Positions 58,158 through 64,000 of a stretch of DNA of 64,000 nucleotides are shown piece after piece. Position 1 is the first letter of the stretch; each line of letters begins with the position of its first letter. The stretch is taken from the NCBI RefSeq assembly GCF_009914755.1, contig NC_060939.1; one strand, 5' to 3'. The notes below the pieces were generated by a model. That model worked only from the letters and a program-made list of their open reading frames with translations. It was not told the origin of the DNA and did no database searches. This DNA comes from the human T2T-CHM13v2.0 reference genome, Homo sapiens. Both the position numbers and the translations under genes were made by a program.

Positions 58158-60678
58158 ATTCAAACGCTATTTCTACATGTCACCAGGAAAGCCCTAGAGT
58201 AGCATATCTACTAACAGGATTTCTAAGAGAGAATAATCTTGGGTGGATGGAATCATCTTATGCTATCTTCCTCTTCCCATTACTCAATGGCTGAGTCTTA
58301 ACCTGAAAAACTCTCACACTCATGCTTCAAAACCCAACTTAAATGCCACCTCCTCTAAGGAGTCTTCCCTGACTCCACCAGACACTATTAGATGATCCCA
58401 CCTCTGTGTCTGTAGAAGAGTTTGTGTGTTCACCTTTCACAGCACTTGCTATTAATATATTACATTGTATGTGCTTTTCTCCCTGAGTGAACTATGAACT
58501 CCCTAGTTATTTTTATTGTTTCAAAGTTTTAAATGATAAAGGATTACATGCTCATGATAAAAAAAAAAAAAAAAAAAAGAGGGAAGAGGAAAAGGAGAAG
58601 GATGTAGAATAAGTGCTTTTCTCTCCCAACAAAGACCTTTAATATTTCTCAGAAGCAAACTCTCCCAAAAGTTTTTTGTGCATCTTCCTGAATTCATCTA
58701 GGTAAGTACAAATATAAATACAGAAATGCATTCCTTTTTCTTTAAAAAATAACATACATAGAACAATTCTCAATCACCATGATATTCTGGCACAGACACA
58801 GGGCTAAAACTACAATAGGTGATCAATTAACATATATTGACTTGAACTGGGGCCTCTGCTCTCCCAGCTGAACTACCCAAGGGAGTGAAGTTACCTGGGA
58901 TCTAGATAGTACCTCAACTGTTTCCTCTCCCCACAACCCCCAATCAGATACCAGGGAGATAAAACTCAAGGCAGTCAATTTTCCTACCTAGAAGCAGGAG
59001 CTTAGTAAAAAGACAAGAGAAGATGTATACTCATGGCTAAAATATGCATTGGTTTCAATCTTCTTTACTGCTGTATCCATTAAGTGTTCCAGATAATAGA
59101 GAACTGATTGTATCCTTGAAAACTGGACTGATGGTAAGGATTATTTGCTGTAAACTCAGGAATATACAGATTGCAAAGTGAAGTATGTCCTTTGTTTAGT
59201 TTACATATTAATAAGAACATTGTTAATTCCTTTTATTATTTATATTTTAAAGACTGCAGTGTTGTGCTGGTTGATTCTGTCATTTCAGTTTTTGTCTTTT
59301 TCTTTTCCATCTCAGTATCCCCAGCAGAATCATAACTTTTCACAGAGGCATCTAATTTCTTAACCTTAAAGCAGAAGAGAAACGTCTTTCAAATTTTCCT
59401 ATGACGGTCAAGGAGTGGGGGTTGTGGAATGTATATACTTAGATGAATTAAACTCAGACCTTCTCCGGTTGGATGTTTGAGCCGCCCAGACAAAGATGAA
59501 GATTAACACAGTTTAAGGATGAAATATAGACCATCCTGTGCAAAACCACCGTGTTGCAGTTTAATTAAAAGAATTCATTAAAGTGGTGCCCCATCCAGGG
59601 TAATTAGTATGCGTAATTTATGCGTTGCCTAATACACAAGGGCAGTAGCCTGAATAATAAACTCAAGTTAACCTTAAGTGAAAGAGATCGAATGGTCAGA
59701 TGTTTATTTAGCTCAGGTTTGCTCACGAGTTAAGGTTAAAGAGGTGAAATTCAGTTACAGTTAATTAATTAATTTCTCAGATTTTCTTCATGAAAATCTT
59801 GCTGGCTCAATTGGGTAAAAGTTTTGTCAAAGGCAGACAGCACTATTTTTATTCATCAGCTATTTTCTACCCTGTCCTCCAGCAAGTTAGTAACCATTTG
59901 AAAGAACACATTTAAGGGAACTGCAAAGAGAGAGAAAATACGAACACATCAAACCAACCCAAACAAACCCCAAGATAGGAGCAGATCTGTGATCTGTGCT
60001 TGCAGACAAAAATCAAAACCAGGACAGATTTAAGGAGGACATCATTATCAAAATGTTGGGACTGACTAGGATAATGTCCAGGTTTTTTTCAATTGTGAAC
60101 CACATGTTTGAGAATTCATTTAAGTATTTGAGCTGCATGAGTTTTTGTTGACAACAATGGAAAGCGTCCATGCCTGGCGTGTGCATAACATGTCGCAAAT
60201 ATGAACCAGTGGTTATTCAAGTTCCCTCTATTCCTTTGGTTAGAAATACTTTATCATGCCCCAATTCTGTGATGTAATTTTCATGGAATTAAACTTGAAG
60301 AGTTCAAAATTATGCAATTAATTGTATTCAGCTTCAATTATAATGACTTATTAATCAAGTCCTTTGGCAAGACACCTGGCACTCTATACAGTGGTTGTGG
60401 TGGGAAGCAGCTAGGCCTGAGGAACTTATTGGTTCATGTGAGCAAGCTAATTAGGTGAATTGTTGATTGATTGATTGCTTTATTGGTGGCTGCATGTAGG
60501 TAAGAGTGCTGAGGTGTAGAAGCTGGGATAAGTCAGGAAAGATCTAACTTAATTTGTACTGGAAAGACTGAAGGCTGTAATAAAATCATCTGATATTTAT
60601 TGAGCACCAATTATGGGCAAGGCAGTGGGTTCGTCTCTGGGCTTCCATATTAAATTGAAGTATAAGACAGAGGTGTCT

Positions 60679-61012
<334 letters not shown>

Positions 61013-61534
61013 TCACTCTCACCTTGACCTCCCAGGATGCTAAGACAGAAGCACAAGCAAATACAAACAGCCACACAGAGTTACATGAGCACTAAGTAAT
61101 GAACTCCATTTACTGAAGAGCATTTCTACTTTATAGAACTGCCTTTCCTCCATTCCATATCGTTCCAGTGGGCTGCCAATCACCCCCACCCATCTGCCCA
61201 CATGTTGGGCACCTGACCCAGGTTAGGTCAATCAGATCTTTTGTAAATTTGGATCTTGAGTGGAGACAGACAAGGTGGGGGGAGGCAGTTGGCACTGTCA
61301 CCCAGTGGCTGCCGCCAAGGAGCTGCTGGGATTCCTGGGGCTGCCATGGTTCCTTCCCAAAAAGTGGTTTTCAGCTCTTCTCTTTTGTGATCTTAACGGT
61401 GTCTCGGAAAAATCCTATTTGCTGTTTGTCAGCCAGAGTTAGTTCCTGAGGCACGAAATCGAAGACTCCTGATAAAGACAACGAATGCTCCCGAATTTGA
61501 GAGATGAAAGCCCTTCCTTATTAATGTAATAGTT

Positions 61535-61965
61535 GGAGTGGTGCTGAGGAATAGTGTAGAGAAATGGCCAGATGCACTGGATTCTGGTCTGGGTTGCTGA
61601 ATACTTGCTGTCTACAAAGTACTGAGCATTCAGAATATGCAACCTTGCAGATACACAACAAATATCCCCATTTTATAGATGGAGGAACTGAGGCTCGGGT
61701 AAGCTCTAAAACTTACCCGAGGCCGCAATGCTAGCAAGTAGCAAAGCTGAGATTTGAACCTAGGACTTTCTGACCTCAAAGCCTGTGGTTCTCTAGCTTG
61801 TGGCCTTGGGCAAACCATTTAGCCCCTATGGCTGCAGGTTCCTTAGTGGTAAAATGTGGATGACACCAGCTGCCCTGACTCCCCCACAGAGCTGTTGTGA
61901 GGATCAAAGGGGAGAATGTCTGTGAAAGCACTTTAAAGCCTGTGACACTCTCCAAATACTTGTAA
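61535..61965. mobile_element. Cluster of MIR pieces in alternating orientation (+, -, +)
   Basis: cccattttatagatggaggaactgaggctc (minus) and tgtggccttgggcaaacc...taaaatg...gttgtgaggatcaaa (plus). Confidence 0.7.
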
Positions 61966-63016
61966 AGGCTTGTAATTGTTAGGCGGAGCTCCAGCTAGGA
62001 TGGGCAAGATTCTGAGAGGTGACAAAGGAGAGGTGGGTACAGGGTATGATCACAGACACTGGATGCTGGGGGGAACTGGGGACATCTTGGTACATAAAGA
62101 GTCACTAGGGAGGTTGGGGCCAGCAGCTGGAGGGCAGCAGAATTTGATTTACCCATCCAGAACACTTAATACTGGAGCCTGGGGAGCTCAAAGTTTGAAA
62201 TAGATGGTTTGAAGCCCAACAAAAGGAAGTGCTACTTTGCAGATAGTGAGTAAAGGAAAGTTCTCATCTTGAAGAGGTCAAGGTGTTTGCACATAAGTCC
62301 GTCATTTCATCAAGTCTTTACCAAAACCTTAGGAAGTTTGTGTCATCCCCATTTCACAGCTGAGATTCTGAAGCTCAGCAGAATGAAGAAAACTGCCTAA
62401 CATCTGAGTAGAAAATACAGGAGCAGACTTAAAACCCTAGCCTTACTGAGCTTTCCACATAGTCTCTAGCTTCTTCTGATTCTCCCTCCCACCTCCTCTC
62501 CTCACCCACAACTCATTAGCTGGAAAGAAAATGTAGACGTCCTAGTCTCACTGAATGAATATGCTGTGTGGCTTTAGATTAATCATGTAAACTCTCTGAA
62601 CTGTAGGTTTCCCCATTTGTATGACGATCTGGTTGAACTCTAAAATATTCTGCAAGCATTATCTCCCCTGAGGCCTTACTCAGGGGAAAAACAAAACAAA
62701 ACAAAACAAAAAAAACCTTTCGTATGCATAAATCTCTACCCTTGAAGATCCAGCCCCCGGTGCTCCTCAGCTGCATCCTAAACCACAGGTGGTAGAGTTT
62801 TATAGAGCTGGTTGCATCACCCAAAGGAAACTTCCTGTAGCTTTTGCAGTAGCCTGAAAAGAAACCATAGGTCCAATACATTGCTTTCACCGATGATAGT
62901 TTTACTGATCACATCAGTACCTTAGTTTGGGGTGATCTGAATGTGTTTCCCTTATTAGGAGACAATAAGTCTCCTAATCCATCTGACGTTCTTCATCTGG
63001 GGAGACATTGCCCTTC

Positions 63017-63311
63017 TTGTTTTTTTTTTTGTTGTTGTTGTTTTATGAGACAGAGTTTCACTCTTGTCGCCCAGGCCGGAACGCAGTTGCAACCTCCACC
63101 TCCTAGGTTCAAGTGATTCTCCTGCCTCAGCCTCCTAAGTAGCTGGAATTACAGGCGCCTACCACCATGCCTGGCTAATTTTTGTATTTTTAGTAGAGAT
63201 GGGGCTTCGCCATGTTGGCCAGGCTGGTCTCAAACTCCTGACCTCAGGCGATCTGCCCACCTTGGCCTCCCAAAATGCTGGGATGACAGGTGTGAGCCAC
63301 GGTGCCCAGCC
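63017..63311 (-). mobile_element. AluS with an internal deletion of ~20 nt in the right arm
   Basis: Reverse Alu (ggaacgcagttgcaacc junction); TSD GACATTGCCCTTCT. Confidence 0.93.
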
Positions 63312-63659
63312 TGACATTGCCCTTCTAGTTTTACCATTTGTCCCTTTGCCCTGTTGCCCATTTCTCCTTGGAGACTAGAACATGTTAGCCTCTCAAGGAT
63401 AATAATGGACAAATGGACAGGAATGAAAATAATTACCCAAAATTGGAGGTGATAACTTCATGTTCAATAGCAAAAGTTCCTACTAAGGATCTATTTGCAC
63501 GACCACCCTTGGCAGAATTACTGTATGCAGAGATGACTTTATCCCATCCTAAAATCACAAAAAGCACTGTCACCTTAAAAAGCATCACTGTAAGCAAGCT
63601 CACAGTGTTTAGTTTTGAGAGCAGTATCTCACCGACAGTGTTTTTATTGTCATTTTCTG

Positions 63660-63765
63660 TTCCTTTTGCGTAAGATTGTAAACCGCATGAAGGCAGAGGC
63701 TCTTGTTTCTTGTTCACTAGAGTAGTGCCTGACCCATAGGAGACAATATATATTTGTTGATTTTT
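63660..63765 (+). mobile_element. L2 3' end fragment
   Basis: gattgtaaaccgcatgaaggcagaggc...ttgttcact...gtgcctgacccatagg...atatttgttga. Confidence 0.7.
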
Positions 63766-63929
63766 CCAACTTTCACTCATACAAGATTGTTAAAACAACT
63801 AGAGACTTATGAATTTCAAAAGTGATCCAGGCGTGAGGGAGATAAGGGAAAAGCGTCCTGTTTTCCGGTTCAGTTATGTCTATGATTACACCAAAGCAAG
63901 GGGCCCCACACCATCACAGCACACACAGC

Positions 63930-64000
63930 ATGGGCTTTGGGTTCAGACTACAGCTGCATTCCAGCTCCTTCACTGATTAACTGCAAGGCCTTGGACAAGT
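63930..64000 (+). mobile_element. MIR (runs off the window end)
   Basis: ggctttgggttcagac...ccagctc...ggccttggacaagt. Confidence 0.6.

Overview
Primate (human-like) genomic window centred on FOXB1, a forkhead-box developmental transcription factor gene on the + strand. The gene has a non-coding exon 1, a 263-nt 5'UTR intron (22330-22592), an intronless 325-aa CDS (22650-23627) and a ~1.5 kb 3'UTR. It lies inside a ~21-22 kb tract (~9.3-31 kb) where I recognise no transposable element. That tract holds an archipelago of CpG-rich islands interleaved with AT-rich, homeodomain/POU-motif-dense blocks that look like conserved enhancers. Both flanks are ordinary repeat-rich DNA: decayed L1s, about 17 Alu elements, MIR/L2, MaLR/ERV LTRs (MST, MLT1, MLT2, MER41B, MER21) and DNA transposons (MER33, MER44A, MER58B, Tigger3, MER1). 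FOXB1 is the only credible protein-coding gene, and the other ORFs in the track are chance or repeat-derived. I did not find a clearly new biological system. The best leads are regulatory: uORFs in FOXB1 exon 1, 3'UTR motifs that are both forkhead DNA sites and miR-30 sites, a GAS-bearing MER41B, and repeated homeodomain motifs. There are also mechanistic oddities, namely two tail-less Alus with target-site duplications and several perfect palindromes that look like template-switch products. Repeat subfamily names come from my recollection of consensus sequences, and boundaries without TSDs are approximate.
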